Source: an uncultured Cytophagales bacterium
Lineage (GTDB): Bacteria > Bacteroidota > Bacteroidia > Cytophagales > JAAEPT01
Reading direction: 5' to 3'
Length of the DNA: 64,000 bases
NCBI GenBank assembly: GCA_964511645.1
Contig: CAZEGV010000003.1
Coordinates: 2,591 to 66,590 of the forward strand
The notes beneath the pieces are model-generated. The model was given only the letters and a program-made list of their open reading frames with translations. It was not told the DNA's origin and did no database searches. The position numbers and the translations under genes are program-made. This document shows, in pieces, positions 19,983-30,500 of this stretch; position 1 is the stretch's first letter; every line of letters begins with the position of its first letter.

Positions 19983-21809
19983 TTATTTTTTATTCTCTAG
20001 ATATAGTGACTGCAAAATACTTCTTCCTAAGGTGTTTTCTTGATAAATTTCTTTGTCTAAAAATAAATCGTAGAATGATTTTGTAGAATCGGTAACCAAC
20101 CCTACCCCGTGGCTTGTGGCATAATAAGCATACTTTTGAGTCCCTGAATTTAAAATATCTTTCCCATACATAAAGTTATTGGCAGGGATTTTTAATTGAG
20201 CTAGTAAAGTGTTAGGAATGTCCATTTGAGAGCCGACGTTAGCAATGATAGTATCTTGCTTGTTGAGAGCACCACCTAGCCATAACATTGGGATTTGGTT
20301 TTTTTTTGGATCATGACGAGGGATAGTGTTTAGGTAATCCACTCCATGGTCGGCCAAGATAATACATAATGTATTACTCCACCATTCTTGTCTTTTAGCC
20401 TCTGTTATAAAATTGCCTAGGGCTTTGTCGGTATAATAAAGAGAACTTCTAAAACTGTTGTCTTCTGTATCGCTTCCAAAGCCCATTTTGGCGGGAATAT
20501 CGAAAGGAGCGTGGCTACTTAGAGAGAAAATAGAGTAGAAAAAAGGTGATTGCTCTTGATTGATATCTTGTAAAAACCTATTAAATGTGATGTGATCAGG
20601 CACACCCCATTTTTGTAAAATCTCCTCTTTTTTATAATTAGATTTTGAAATTATTTTTTCAAAACCAGAAGAGGAGAGTAGCACGTTAAAATTAAAGAAA
20701 TCAATACTTCCTCCATAATAATACGCCATTTTATATCCTTCTTTTTTTAACTTCAGAGGGAAGAATTTTTGTTTTTCTAATTGATTGGTTTGCATTAATA
20801 CTGACCCCTCTGGAAAAGAAGGGTGACCTGTAAAAATCCCACCATTACCTTTGTCAGATCTGTCTCCGCAGGCATAAAAATTACTAAATAACACGCCCTC
20901 TTTGCACAAGGAATTAAAGTTAGGAGTAATATTCTTCTCTCCCCCTAAGACTTCAATAGCGTTAGCTGTGAAACTTTCCAAAATAATTAAAACAATATTG
21001 GGGCGATTTGTTTTTAATAATGACGTTGTGCTTCCTTGAGTCGATTTTAATAAACTTAAATCATTTGTTATTTTTTGTTTTGTAAAGAATTTTCTACCCT
21101 TGTTACTCTGTAAGTGCTCTAAACTAAACCCCAAATACCAAGGTACGTTGATGGAGATATGATTGGCGAATGCTTGGCTATGAAAATAAACAGAACCTAA
21201 ACCAATTGGCATCCCAAGTTGTATTTTTGGATATAAATCAAGCCCACCTCTAATGGGTAAAAAAAGAGATGATGCAAAAAATAAAGATAAGACAAGTGAT
21301 TTTATAGATTGATGATGATGATAAGTTTTAATGAGTTTTTGATACATAAATATCATTCCTCGAGCATAAGTAAACATAATTAACAGAGCAAATATAATCT
21401 GATACCACCTCATAGAGCTTAGCACAAGCCCTGGATTGCGTAAAAACCTAAAGTGAGAAGCTTCTAGCTTAGTCCCCCAATGCACGTAAATACTAGCGTC
21501 TACAATGATGAGAATGGTTAAAATGATTGTAATTAAGAAAGTGTATTTTTGAATGAAAACATAAGCCAAAAAAAAACGTGAAAAACTATTGATAAGTAAT
21601 ATTAAAGCAGGGATTATCATCAGGTATCCCGTAAAAGAGATGTCTAATTTGAGTCCAACTAATAATGCTTTAAGAAAAGAAGTAATCGGTAGTTCTCCCC
21701 ATTTTTCATAATTAATGAAGATGAAAATAAGTTTTCCGATAAGGAAAAAAAATAACCAGTAAACCCAGTTTTTGATATAGAATATTAGGTGTTTTTTTGT
21801 ATTATCCAT
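19983..21809 (-). CDS. LTA-synthase-like / sulfatase-family membrane phosphotransferase
   Basis: 608 aa. Five or so N-terminal TM helices precede an alkaline-phosphatase-superfamily domain (NIVLIILESF, ..GDRSDKG.., SLSSHAPF, ILADHG). Confidence 0.8.
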   Translation of the reverse strand: MDNTKKHLIFYIKNWVYWLFFFLIGKLIFIFINYEKWGELPITSFLKALLVGLKLDISFTGYLMIIPALILLINSFSRFFLAYVFIQKYTFLITIILTILIIVDASIYVHWGTKLEASHFRFLRNPGLVLSSMRWYQIIFALLIMFTYARGMIFMYQKLIKTYHHHQSIKSLVLSLFFASSLFLPIRGGLDLYPKIQLGMPIGLGSVYFHSQAFANHISINVPWYLGFSLEHLQSNKGRKFFTKQKITNDLSLLKSTQGSTTSLLKTNRPNIVLIILESFTANAIEVLGGEKNITPNFNSLCKEGVLFSNFYACGDRSDKGNGGIFTGHPSFPEGSVLMQTNQLEKQKFFPLKLKKEGYKMAYYYGGSIDFFNFNVLLSSSGFEKIISKSNYKKEEILQKWGVPDHITFNRFLQDINQEQSPFFYSIFSLSSHAPFDIPAKMGFGSDTEDNSFRSSLYYTDKALGNFITEAKRQEWWSNTLCIILADHGVDYLNTIPRHDPKKNQIPMLWLGGALNKQDTIIANVGSQMDIPNTLLAQLKIPANNFMYGKDILNSGTQKYAYYATSHGVGLVTDSTKSFYDLFLDKEIYQENTLGRSILQSLYLENKK

Positions 21810-22365
21810 TATATTGATTCATCATTCTATCAGCACCGATTGTAGTAAATGCCAGTACAGCATCTTTAGCTTTGTTTATTAAGCTTAAGTCAAGGTCTAT
21901 TTGCTCGTTTTGTGTAAATTTTTCTAGAACATAATCTACTTGTTTACCTTTAGAATAATCATCTCCAACTCCAAATCTCATGCGAGTATATGAGGGGGTT
22001 CCGAGTAATTCTTCTATGTTTTTAAGTCCATTGTGCCCTCCTGCTGAGCCTTTTTTCTTTGTTCTTATTTTTCCGAAAGGAATAGCGATGTCATCGGTAA
22101 TGACTAATAAGTTTTCTTGTTTTATTTTTGTTTGATTAAGCCAGTACCGTACAGTCTTACCGCTTAGGTTCATGTATGTGGTAGGCTTTACTAGTATGAT
22201 TGTCCGTCCTTTGTATTTAAATTCTGTAATATAAGCATAACGGTCTTGTGTAAAACTTATTTCAAATTTTTCTGCCAAAGCATCCAAAATCATAAACCCG
22301 ATATTATGTCTCGTTTCGTGATATTCAGCTCCGATGTTTCCTAATCCTATAATCAAATATTTCAT
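21802..22365 (-). CDS. pth: Peptidyl-tRNA hydrolase
   Basis: 187 aa with MKYLIIGLGNIGAEYHETRHNIGF, MNLSG, and GSAGGHNGLKNI. It overlaps the downstream gene by 8 nt. Confidence 0.95.
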   Translation of the reverse strand: MKYLIIGLGNIGAEYHETRHNIGFMILDALAEKFEISFTQDRYAYITEFKYKGRTIILVKPTTYMNLSGKTVRYWLNQTKIKQENLLVITDDIAIPFGKIRTKKKGSAGGHNGLKNIEELLGTPSYTRMRFGVGDDYSKGKQVDYVLEKFTQNEQIDLDLSLINKAKDAVLAFTTIGADRMMNQYNG

Positions 22366-22640
22366 AATCTCAAAGATACAAATTCATATTGCCGAAAAAA
22401 ATGAAGTTCATGTCTAATATGGATTAGGACTCCCCTTTTTGGTGGGATGTTAAGTATTTACTTTAATACTGTCATTACCGTCTTATGGTTAGCTGTTTGC
22501 ATTTACCATCTATCATTTTGTTTTATTACATTCTTTCTAGATGAGACAAATGCTATCATCCCTAAGCCGAAATCTTGTAGATGTAAAACTGATTTATATA
22601 CCATATTTCAAAGCCTAATAAGTGTAAGACTTAGAGATTG

Positions 22641-22731
22641 AAGTGGCATCCTTTTCGATTTTTTTTATCGAAAAGATATAACGTAAAGCTCGACTCCATG
22701 AGCCTGCCTTTTGGCGAGTGGGGGAAGTCCC
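22641..22731 (-). repeat. Modular hairpin repeat, copy B (3' part truncated)
   Basis: The minus strand reads (TTA)GGGACTTCCCCCACTCGCCAAAAGGCAGGCTCATGGAGTCGAGCTTTACGTTATATC-[TTTTCGATaaaaaaaaATCGAAAA]-GGATGCCACT. It lies about 30 nt after the stop of the last gene of the efflux island. Confidence 0.6.
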
Positions 22732-22760
22732 TAAAATAATTTTTCATTTTAATCAGGTAT

Positions 22761-22994
22761 TTAATGACTATGTTCTACTTCTTTTAAATTCATTTTACAT
22801 ACAGGGCATTTGCCTGGTTTGTCGTAGGTTTTTTCAGCCTCACATTTCATTGGGCATTGGTAAGAAGTACTTACTTCTGAATGGCTGTGGTTGTGTTCTG
22901 ACGATGTGGTTTCACCGCCACAACTTGTTAATAATGCTACTCCTGTTATTGCAAGACTTGTTGCAATTGCGATTGATAAGATTGTCTTTTTCAT
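22761..22994 (-). CDS. Small lipoprotein with one heavy-metal-binding (CPM..C / C..C) motif and a His-rich region
   Basis: 77 aa with a lipobox (LLTSC), HNHSHSE, and YQCPMKCEAEKTYDKPGKCPVCKMNL. Confidence 0.7.
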   Translation of the reverse strand: MKKTILSIAIATSLAITGVALLTSCGGETTSSEHNHSHSEVSTSYQCPMKCEAEKTYDKPGKCPVCKMNLKEVEHSH

Positions 22995-23004
22995 TTTTTT
23001 TAAA

Positions 23005-23460
23005 TTAATAAGTTTTAATTATTTGTTTTAGCCATTCTGTTAAATCCTTTTTTTCTAATGCAGAAAGTTTGGCGTTTTTATGCATTATTGTGTACGAAGA
23101 TAAAGGCATCTTGTTTTTTTCTATTTCGGAAAGTATTGACCGTAGTTTGTTTTTCTGTTTTCTTTTAGAATAAGTTCCAAATTCACTAAAATTCAAATCC
23201 TTTTTAGCATCAGAGACATGTTTGTCCATCAGTAACCTGATAGGTTGTATTTTACTATACCAAGGGTAAATCGTGTTATTACTATGGCAATCATAACAAG
23301 AGGTTTGTAGTTTCGAAACTATTTTGGCAGGTGTTTTATGAACATTAGTGATATCAGTTACAACTACCTCGTCACTTTGATTGAGTTTGGAAGGAATAAA
23401 TTGTATGCCTACCAATAAAGCGATGATACCTACACCTATTTTTGTTATTAATTGGGTCAT
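23005..23460 (-). CDS. Heme-binding-domain (Haem_bd-like) protein with a CXXCH motif
   Basis: Start set at ATG 23460 (MTQLITKIGVGIIALLVGIQF, a TM anchor), 4 nt after the upstream gene's stop. It contains CYDCHSNNTIYPWYSKIQP and LNFSEF, as in the DUF/haem-binding family I recall. Confidence 0.65.
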   Translation of the reverse strand: MTQLITKIGVGIIALLVGIQFIPSKLNQSDEVVVTDITNVHKTPAKIVSKLQTSCYDCHSNNTIYPWYSKIQPIRLLMDKHVSDAKKDLNFSEFGTYSKRKQKNKLRSILSEIEKNKMPLSSYTIMHKNAKLSALEKKDLTEWLKQIIKTY

Positions 23461-23464
23461 AGTT

Positions 23465-24094
23465 TTAATTGATTTTATCTTTGATAGTCCCACAAGTAAG
23501 CATTGATGACCCCATATAGGGGTTTTTGATTTTTTCCACTTCACTTAGCCAGAAAGCTCCTTTATTGTTGTTTGCCATAGGGCAAAAATCAAGATATAAA
23601 GTTTTATTTGTACCCAAAAGAGTTATCAAATCGTTAATATCTGTACTCAACGTTTCGAAATGTTCTCTTTGGTGATCAATAACACCTGAGTTTTTGATGA
23701 TATGTTCTGCATTTTCAATAATACTTTCTTCTATTTCAGCATATTTTTTTACCTTATCTTTAACTAAAGATACTTTATCAAAACCATTTAAAGCAATCAA
23801 TAAGTGTTGACTTGTTTTAGATGCCTCTTTACTATTATCACTTACTAAAGCATTTTTCAAACCCAAATAGTCTTCAATAATTACAGTTAAATTTGTCACC
23901 TTTTCGCCTGTAAACTTTGTGTTTATGTCCATTTTCTTTTCAGGCATTGTGCCGTGATCATGGGTATGTCCATCAGTATGGTTGTGTTCGTTTTTAGATT
24001 CTCCAGAACTACAGTTTGTGAAAGCCACTGTTCCCAGAGCAAATAATAGGACTGTTCCGATTGTTGAAATATGTTTTTTCATGTTGTTTTTCAA
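23465..24094 (-). CDS. DUF3347-type periplasmic protein (His-rich N-terminus)
   Basis: 209 aa with a signal/lipobox (FTNC), HNHTDGHTHDHG, and the C-terminal LYLDFCPMANNNKGAFWLSEVEKIKNPYMGSSMLTCG. Confidence 0.7.
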   Translation of the reverse strand: MKNNMKKHISTIGTVLLFALGTVAFTNCSSGESKNEHNHTDGHTHDHGTMPEKKMDINTKFTGEKVTNLTVIIEDYLGLKNALVSDNSKEASKTSQHLLIALNGFDKVSLVKDKVKKYAEIEESIIENAEHIIKNSGVIDHQREHFETLSTDINDLITLLGTNKTLYLDFCPMANNNKGAFWLSEVEKIKNPYMGSSMLTCGTIKDKIN

Positions 24095-24120
24095 TTTATA
24101 GAGGCTATTAAAAATGATAT

Positions 24121-24471
24121 TTAGTGGTGTTTATGTCCACTATGATCTTCTTGTTTGTGAGCGGGTTTTATTTTAGTTAGGTTCATTCCACATTTAGAAC
24201 ATGTACCTGCCTTTTCACTTGTTATTTCGGTGTGCATTGGGCAAGCGTATTTTTTAATCCCCCCCTCTGATTTGATTAATTTCATCCCGCATTTAGTGCA
24301 ATCGCCCTGTTTGTTACTTGTTATTTCTGCGTGCATAGGACACACGTAAGTTGTCTTTTTTGATATTTCAGCATGATTATGCTTGTTGCTATGTTTGTGT
24401 GTTTGGGCATGAATAGAGCCAAAGCTGAATAAACTAACTGCTGTAATGATGATGGTTTTTAACGTTTTCAT
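24121..24471 (-). CDS. Secreted protein with two tandem heavy-metal-binding motifs and His-rich termini
   Basis: 116 aa with YVCPMHAEITSNKQGDCTKCGMKL and YACPMHTEITSEKAGTCSKCGMNL, plus HKHSNKHNH and HSGHKHH. Confidence 0.75.
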   Translation of the reverse strand: MKTLKTIIITAVSLFSFGSIHAQTHKHSNKHNHAEISKKTTYVCPMHAEITSNKQGDCTKCGMKLIKSEGGIKKYACPMHTEITSEKAGTCSKCGMNLTKIKPAHKQEDHSGHKHH

Positions 24472-24526
24472 ATTTGTTTTATTTAAAGTTTAAATGAATG
24501 ATGTGTTTATTATTAATAAGAATTAA

Positions 24527-26269
24527 TCACTTAATTACCGCTTTGACTTCTCCACATCCGAGCATTGATTTGCCGAAATACGGGTTTTTGATTGCTTTTT
24601 GAGTACTTAGCCAATAAGCACCTTTGTTGTCGTTTGCCATTGGACAAAAATCAACATAAAGGGTTTCGTTGAGTTCAACGCCTACTTGTTGAGATAGATT
24701 TAAAAGACTGTTACTTATTGAAATAAAATGTTTGCGTTGTGCGTTAATGTTCTTTTCTTCACCAAGTAATTTCAAATCTTTTTGTAGAGAAACTAAGGTG
24801 CTCATCCAAAAAAAATGAGCATCGTTCATCACTAAATTCATATCAACTTTCTTCAACATTTTTTCGATGTTTTTAACGTCAGATTGAATAGCGGAATTGT
24901 CATTAGCCAATTTATTTTTCAGTACAAAATAGCTTGTTATAACATCACCTAACTGTTTTTTGAACACCACAGAAATAGTTGATTTGTCTATTTTTATTCC
25001 TTTTTTATCACCACCATGTTTATGCCCTGTTGCTACTTTACCGCCCGTTGGGTTCATCATGCTTTTTTTACCAGCCAATTGAGCTGAGGCATCAATTTTG
25101 AAAACTCCATGCGTAGCGACTTCTTCGCCTTCTTCTAAACCATTTTTGATAATGTAAAAACCACCAAGTTCATCACCCAAAATCACTTCTCTATACATAA
25201 AAGAATTGTGTGTTCTGTTCGGTAATTTCACATAAACAACCGCTCGTTTCCCTGTCCACAATACCGCCGATTTGGGTATCAAAATCACTTCTTCTTTCAA
25301 GGTCGATTTTGAGGTAAGTAAGCCATTGGCAAACATATTGGGCTTTAACAATCCTTTTTTGTTAGGTAATTCTACACGTACATAAGCCACACGAGTTTTT
25401 GGGTCGATAAAAGGATCAATAAAAGAAACTTTTCCTTCAAATGTTTTTCCTGCTAGGGCTTTAAAATTTATCTTAATATTATCTTTTAATTTGACCCAAG
25501 CCAAATCGTTTTCATAGGCTTCAAATAAAACCCAAACTTTTCTTAAATCGGTAATTTCAAATAAAACTTGCCCTTCTTTTACGTGATCACCTTCCGAAAT
25601 ATGACGTTTGGTTACATAACCATTATAGTCGGAACGGATAATCACTTGGTTTTGTATCGCGCCTCTTTTTTCTAAATTAGCAATTTGTTTATCGCTGAAT
25701 TTCCATTGTTTGAGTTTGTTTCTTGCTGCTTCTAACAAATAAATATTGGCAGACTTAGAGACTTCAAATAATTCTTTTTGAGCGGAAATAAATTCAGGTG
25801 AATAAATACTTGCCAATTTTTGTCCCTTGTAGATTTTTTCTCCTGTAAAATTGATGTACAGTCGTTCTATCCTTCCTGGTAAATGCACGGTTTGCGAATA
25901 TAACAAACGCTCATCAGCTTTTACTTTTCCCAATAAGCGAAGTTCTTTTTCTGGTTTTTGTTTTTGAACAATAGAGGTCTGTATTTCTGCCAATTTCATT
26001 GCCGAGGCTGACATTTGTATTTCGTTAGGTAGCGTGTTTTCATCACTCAAATTATCCAAAGGAATTAAATCCATTTGGCATAATGGACATTTTCCTGGTT
26101 TGTCTTTTTTGATTTGTGGATGCATTGAACAAGTCCAAATTTGCTGGTTCTCTTCTAGGTGTTGATGTGTCTCCACTTCCTTTTTTCCACTCGTTAATTT
26201 ACCAATGGCAAAACCTACCAAAAGTACTACCACAAGTAAAAACCATTTGTTATTTAGTATCTTTTTCAT
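24527..26269 (-). CDS. cusB: RND efflux periplasmic adaptor (CusB-like) with an N-terminal metal-binding motif and a C-terminal DUF3347 fusion
   Basis: 580 aa. It has WTCSMHPQIKKDKPGKCPLCQMDL, an MFP barrel-sandwich/beta-barrel core, and a C-terminal LYVDFCPMANDNKGAYWLSTQKAIKNPYFGKSMLGCG. Confidence 0.85.
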   Translation of the reverse strand: MKKILNNKWFLLVVVLLVGFAIGKLTSGKKEVETHQHLEENQQIWTCSMHPQIKKDKPGKCPLCQMDLIPLDNLSDENTLPNEIQMSASAMKLAEIQTSIVQKQKPEKELRLLGKVKADERLLYSQTVHLPGRIERLYINFTGEKIYKGQKLASIYSPEFISAQKELFEVSKSANIYLLEAARNKLKQWKFSDKQIANLEKRGAIQNQVIIRSDYNGYVTKRHISEGDHVKEGQVLFEITDLRKVWVLFEAYENDLAWVKLKDNIKINFKALAGKTFEGKVSFIDPFIDPKTRVAYVRVELPNKKGLLKPNMFANGLLTSKSTLKEEVILIPKSAVLWTGKRAVVYVKLPNRTHNSFMYREVILGDELGGFYIIKNGLEEGEEVATHGVFKIDASAQLAGKKSMMNPTGGKVATGHKHGGDKKGIKIDKSTISVVFKKQLGDVITSYFVLKNKLANDNSAIQSDVKNIEKMLKKVDMNLVMNDAHFFWMSTLVSLQKDLKLLGEEKNINAQRKHFISISNSLLNLSQQVGVELNETLYVDFCPMANDNKGAYWLSTQKAIKNPYFGKSMLGCGEVKAVIK

Positions 26270-26276
26270 CGCTATA

Positions 26277-27500
26277 TTATTTTCCAGTTAAGTAATTGAT
26301 AAATGCGACAGAAGTGTTTTTGTCTGTCCTTGCTTTGTCTAATTCTAAGGCATATTTCAAAACATTTCGTTCCATTCTGAGTATTTCTTCAAAGTTTTTT
26401 CCGTCGGTAGAATAAGCTGTGAGTAGAATATTTAAAGATTTTTGAGCCAAAACCAATTGTTTTTGATACAAGATTATTCGTCTTTGTGCATCTTTATAAT
26501 CTTTCAAGTTTTTTTCAAACAAAGAAACTAACTCGTTTTGTTTGTTTTCTTTGGTGTATTGAAATTCCTCTATTCTAAAAGATGCTTCTTTTATCATTGC
26601 GGTATATTTTTTTCTGTACAAAGGAATAGAAACGCCTATTTTGGGTAACAAAAGAGCATCTCGTCCATTTTCATTTCCTAAATTTGGGTTGCTACTTTTT
26701 CCGATAATAGCATAATCTACGCCGATAGAAAATTGAGGATTGCCCATTTTTTTAGCCGTTATTTTTTGTTTTTCCCAAGACAAAACTTTGTGTCCCAGTT
26801 GTTTTATCAAATGATTATTTAACAAATCATCTTTAGAAATTGTCAGGCTGTCATTCCATAAAGTATCGGGAATAAGTACTGTTTTTGGTTCTTTGTTGTT
26901 GAGTAGGTTATTGAATTTTATTTCAACGGTAGCTTTACTATCCATAAGATAAGCCAATTGATTTGTGAGTTCGTTGATTTCCATTTCGACCCTCATTTCA
27001 TCAACCACGGATGCTTTGCCTGTTTCTATTTTTATAATAGCGAGTTGCTGAAAAGTAGCCAAAATACGTAAATTTTCTTTGCTTATATTTATACCTTTTT
27101 GAAGGAAATATATCGTGTAATAAGTTGATTTGACATCAAAAAACAATTTTGATTTGGCTTCTTCAAATGCTTCGTACTTTGCTTTAGCATTTTGAGTTGC
27201 TACATCTTTTTTAGCATTTAGCGTACCAAACCAAGGAAACATTTGGCTAAAACCAAGTTTTGCTTTTTGTGGACCTACACGAGTTTCTATTGGCGAAATG
27301 AAATAACCAAAACTCACTTTTGGGTCAGGTAAAGTGCCTACTTGAGGGATTTTTTGTAACGAAGCATGATAACTCGCAAACGTAGCCTTTAAGTAAGGGT
27401 TGTTTTGGGCTGCTATTTTCAGGTAATTGTTTAGTTCCGTTTGTGCATTTACCACAACGGTAAACAAGCCTATAATCAGATAAATAAGTATGTTTTTCAT
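26277..27500 (-). CDS. cusC: TolC-family outer membrane efflux protein
   Basis: I prefer the start at ATG 27500 (MKNILIYLIIGLFTVVVNAQ, a signal peptide), which forms an ATGA overlap with the cusA stop. The track start at 27527 would add 9 aa. The body consists of OEP repeats. Confidence 0.8.
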   Translation of the reverse strand: MKNILIYLIIGLFTVVVNAQTELNNYLKIAAQNNPYLKATFASYHASLQKIPQVGTLPDPKVSFGYFISPIETRVGPQKAKLGFSQMFPWFGTLNAKKDVATQNAKAKYEAFEEAKSKLFFDVKSTYYTIYFLQKGINISKENLRILATFQQLAIIKIETGKASVVDEMRVEMEINELTNQLAYLMDSKATVEIKFNNLLNNKEPKTVLIPDTLWNDSLTISKDDLLNNHLIKQLGHKVLSWEKQKITAKKMGNPQFSIGVDYAIIGKSSNPNLGNENGRDALLLPKIGVSIPLYRKKYTAMIKEASFRIEEFQYTKENKQNELVSLFEKNLKDYKDAQRRIILYQKQLVLAQKSLNILLTAYSTDGKNFEEILRMERNVLKYALELDKARTDKNTSVAFINYLTGK

Positions 27501-30500
27501 AATTTTTTTAGTTGTTTTTCTTTCCACATACTGTAAAGTACAGGGACAATAAACATGGTCATTACTTGGATAAGCATCCCGCCAAATAATGGAATAGACA
27601 TAGGTCCCATAATGTCTGAACCTTTTCCTTGCGAGGTCAAAACGGGGATTAAAGCAATGATAGTTGTTGCAGCAGTAAGCATAGCAGGACGTACCCTTTT
27701 GGAAGCAGCGATGACAACTGCTTTTTTAATTTCATCGATTGTTTTTGGGTGATCTTTTTCAAATTTTTGTTGTAGATAAGTTCCCATAATCACCCCATCA
27801 TCGGTGGCAACACCAAATAAGGCAATAAAACCAACCCAAACAGCAACACTCAAATTAACGGTGTGTACTTGAAATAGATTTCTCAAATCAATTCCTGCGA
27901 TAGAAAAATCGAGAAAATCGGGTGAACTGTATAACCAAAGCATAATAAACCCACCAGAAAGTGCAACAAATAATCCACTGAAAATCATGGCGGTCATGGT
28001 TACGGATTTGAATTGGAAATACAAAATCAAGAAAATAATCAGTAAGGAAATAGGGACAACCAAGAGCAATCTTTTGGTGGCACGTACTTGATTTTCATAA
28101 TTTCCTGTAAAACGATAACTCACCCCAGCAGGAAGAACAAGTTCGCCATTTTCTATTTTTTGGCTCAATAATGCTTGTGCATCTTCCACAACATCAACTT
28201 CTGCTTGACCTTCTTTTTTATCAAAAATCACATAACTCACCAAGAATGTATCCTCACTTTTAATAACCTGAGGACCTCTTTTGTAATGAAAAATTGCTAA
28301 TTCATTTAAAGGGATTTGCACCCCAGAAGGTGTAGGGATAAGTACGTTTTTCAAATCTTCAGGATTGTCTCTGTATTCCCTGGCATAGCGTACACGGATA
28401 GCAAAACGTTTACGCCCTTCTACGGAATTGGTCAAAGGCATACCACCAATAGCTACTGAAATTTGATTTTGAATATCTTCAATAGTCAATCCGTAACGGG
28501 CAATAGCTTCTCTGTTGATTTCTATTTCCAAATAAGGTTTTCCCACCACTCGGTCAGCAAATACAGCGGAAGCTTCTACTGTTGGTACTTCTTTTAAGAC
28601 TTTTTCAATTGCGTAGCCGACTTTTTCGATTGTTGCTAAGTCAGGACCAAATACTTTGATACCCATAGGTGCACGCATTCCTGTTGCCAACATAACCAAA
28701 CGTGTTTCGATAGGTTGTAGTTTTGGTGCAGATGTTAGCCCTGGCATTTTAGAATGTTTCAAAATTTCTTTCCAAATATCATCGGGTGATTGGATGTGCT
28801 TTCGCCATTGTCGGAAATATTCCCCATTTTTATCTTCAATCAGGTTTTCTGTAGCAATGGTACGGAATACATCTTCACCGTATTTGTAGGTTGTACTGTC
28901 TTTTAAAATAAAGGCATTGTTATTATTGATTTTGAAACGTGTTTTATGACCATTTTCATTTACTTTAAATTCGGGTAAATAATTAATGATATTTTCATAC
29001 ATAGAAATAGGGGCAGGGTCAAGAGCAGTGTTGGCTCGTCCCCATTTTCCTACCGAAACATCAACTTCTGGAATGGCGTTAAGTTGTCTGTCCAGTTTTC
29101 TAATCACATTTACATTTTCCTCTACACCAGAATGAGGCATTGTGGTCGGCATCAATAAAAATGAGCCTTCATTGAGCGAAGGCATAAACTCTTTTCCTAA
29201 ACCAGGAAAGGTCATTTCCATTTTTTTCCATACAGCATTGTCTTTTATAATAGTAGGAAAAAAGCTAAAGACACGACCAAAGCCCAACCAAGCATTTGCA
29301 CCAAACAAAACGACAACTAGTGGAATACTCAAAAATAAAGTTTTATGAGCCAAACACCAAGTGAGTATAGGTTGATAAAAATGAACGATAGTGAGTAAGA
29401 ACCCTAAAATCAATCCGATAGTAAGGGTAACAAACAACACATTTGCAAAGAAAGAATTTTGAGCACCCAAAGGCATCCAAACTAAGGCGATAAAATAAGT
29501 AACAATAAAAGCCGTAATGGCAATGTTTATCCAATTGACAAAATGTTTTTTGCTTGGAGACCATTTGTATTCTAATAAATTATTGATGCCAAAAAGCACC
29601 AAAGCGAGAGCTACCCAACTTCCAAAACCAATAAAAAAACCTAGCCCCAAAATGATAAGTAAAGCATTCCAAAATTTACTCATTTTACCTTTATCTAATC
29701 GAATAGAAAAAATAATATGAGCAAAAGTTGGGATAAATAACAAGCCAATAATCAATGCAGAAAGCATGGCAAAAGTTTTGGTGAAAGCCAAAGGGGTAAA
29801 TAATTTTCCTTCAGCTGCCTGCATCGCAAAAACAGGTAAAAAACTTACAATTGTAGTAAACAAAGCTGTAATGACAGCTGTGGCAACTTCCGAAGCACCA
29901 TCATAAATGACATTGAGCAATTCCTTGCCTTTTTTGCCTATATTTTCAGGTAACTCGATGTGTTGAATAATATTTTCTGTAAACACAATACCAACATCTA
30001 CCATCACACCAATGGCTATCGCAATACCAGATAGAGCGACAATATTGGCATCTACACCAAACTGACGCATCATAATAAAAGTAATCAACACGCCAATAGG
30101 TAATAAACTGGCAATTAAAATAGATGCTCTGAGGTTTAAAACCATGATAACCACAACGATAAGAGCGATAAGCATTTCGAGAGATAAAGCCTCTTCTAGC
30201 GTACCTAAAGTTTCTTTAATTAAGCCTGTTCGGTCATAAAAAGGAACAACGGTTACTTTTGAAACCGTACCGTCAGCTAAAATTTTTGATGGTAAACCAG
30301 CTTCAATTTCTTTGATTTTTTCTTTCACTCGGTTAATGACTTTTAATGGGTTGGCACCATATCTTGCCACCACACTAGCACCAACAGCTTCTGCACCACC
30401 TTTGTCTAGTCCGCCACGCCGAGGAGCAGGACCAAAGCTTACTTTTGCTACATCTTTGATACGAATAGGTACATTATTGTTTGAAAAAATAACACTTTCT

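Noticed and set aside
22447-22641. 64-aa hydrophobic ORF in the pth / efflux-island intergenic region
   Set aside because: It has no recognisable motif or promoter context and ends in the hairpin repeat. It could be a real small membrane protein, but there is no positive evidence for that.
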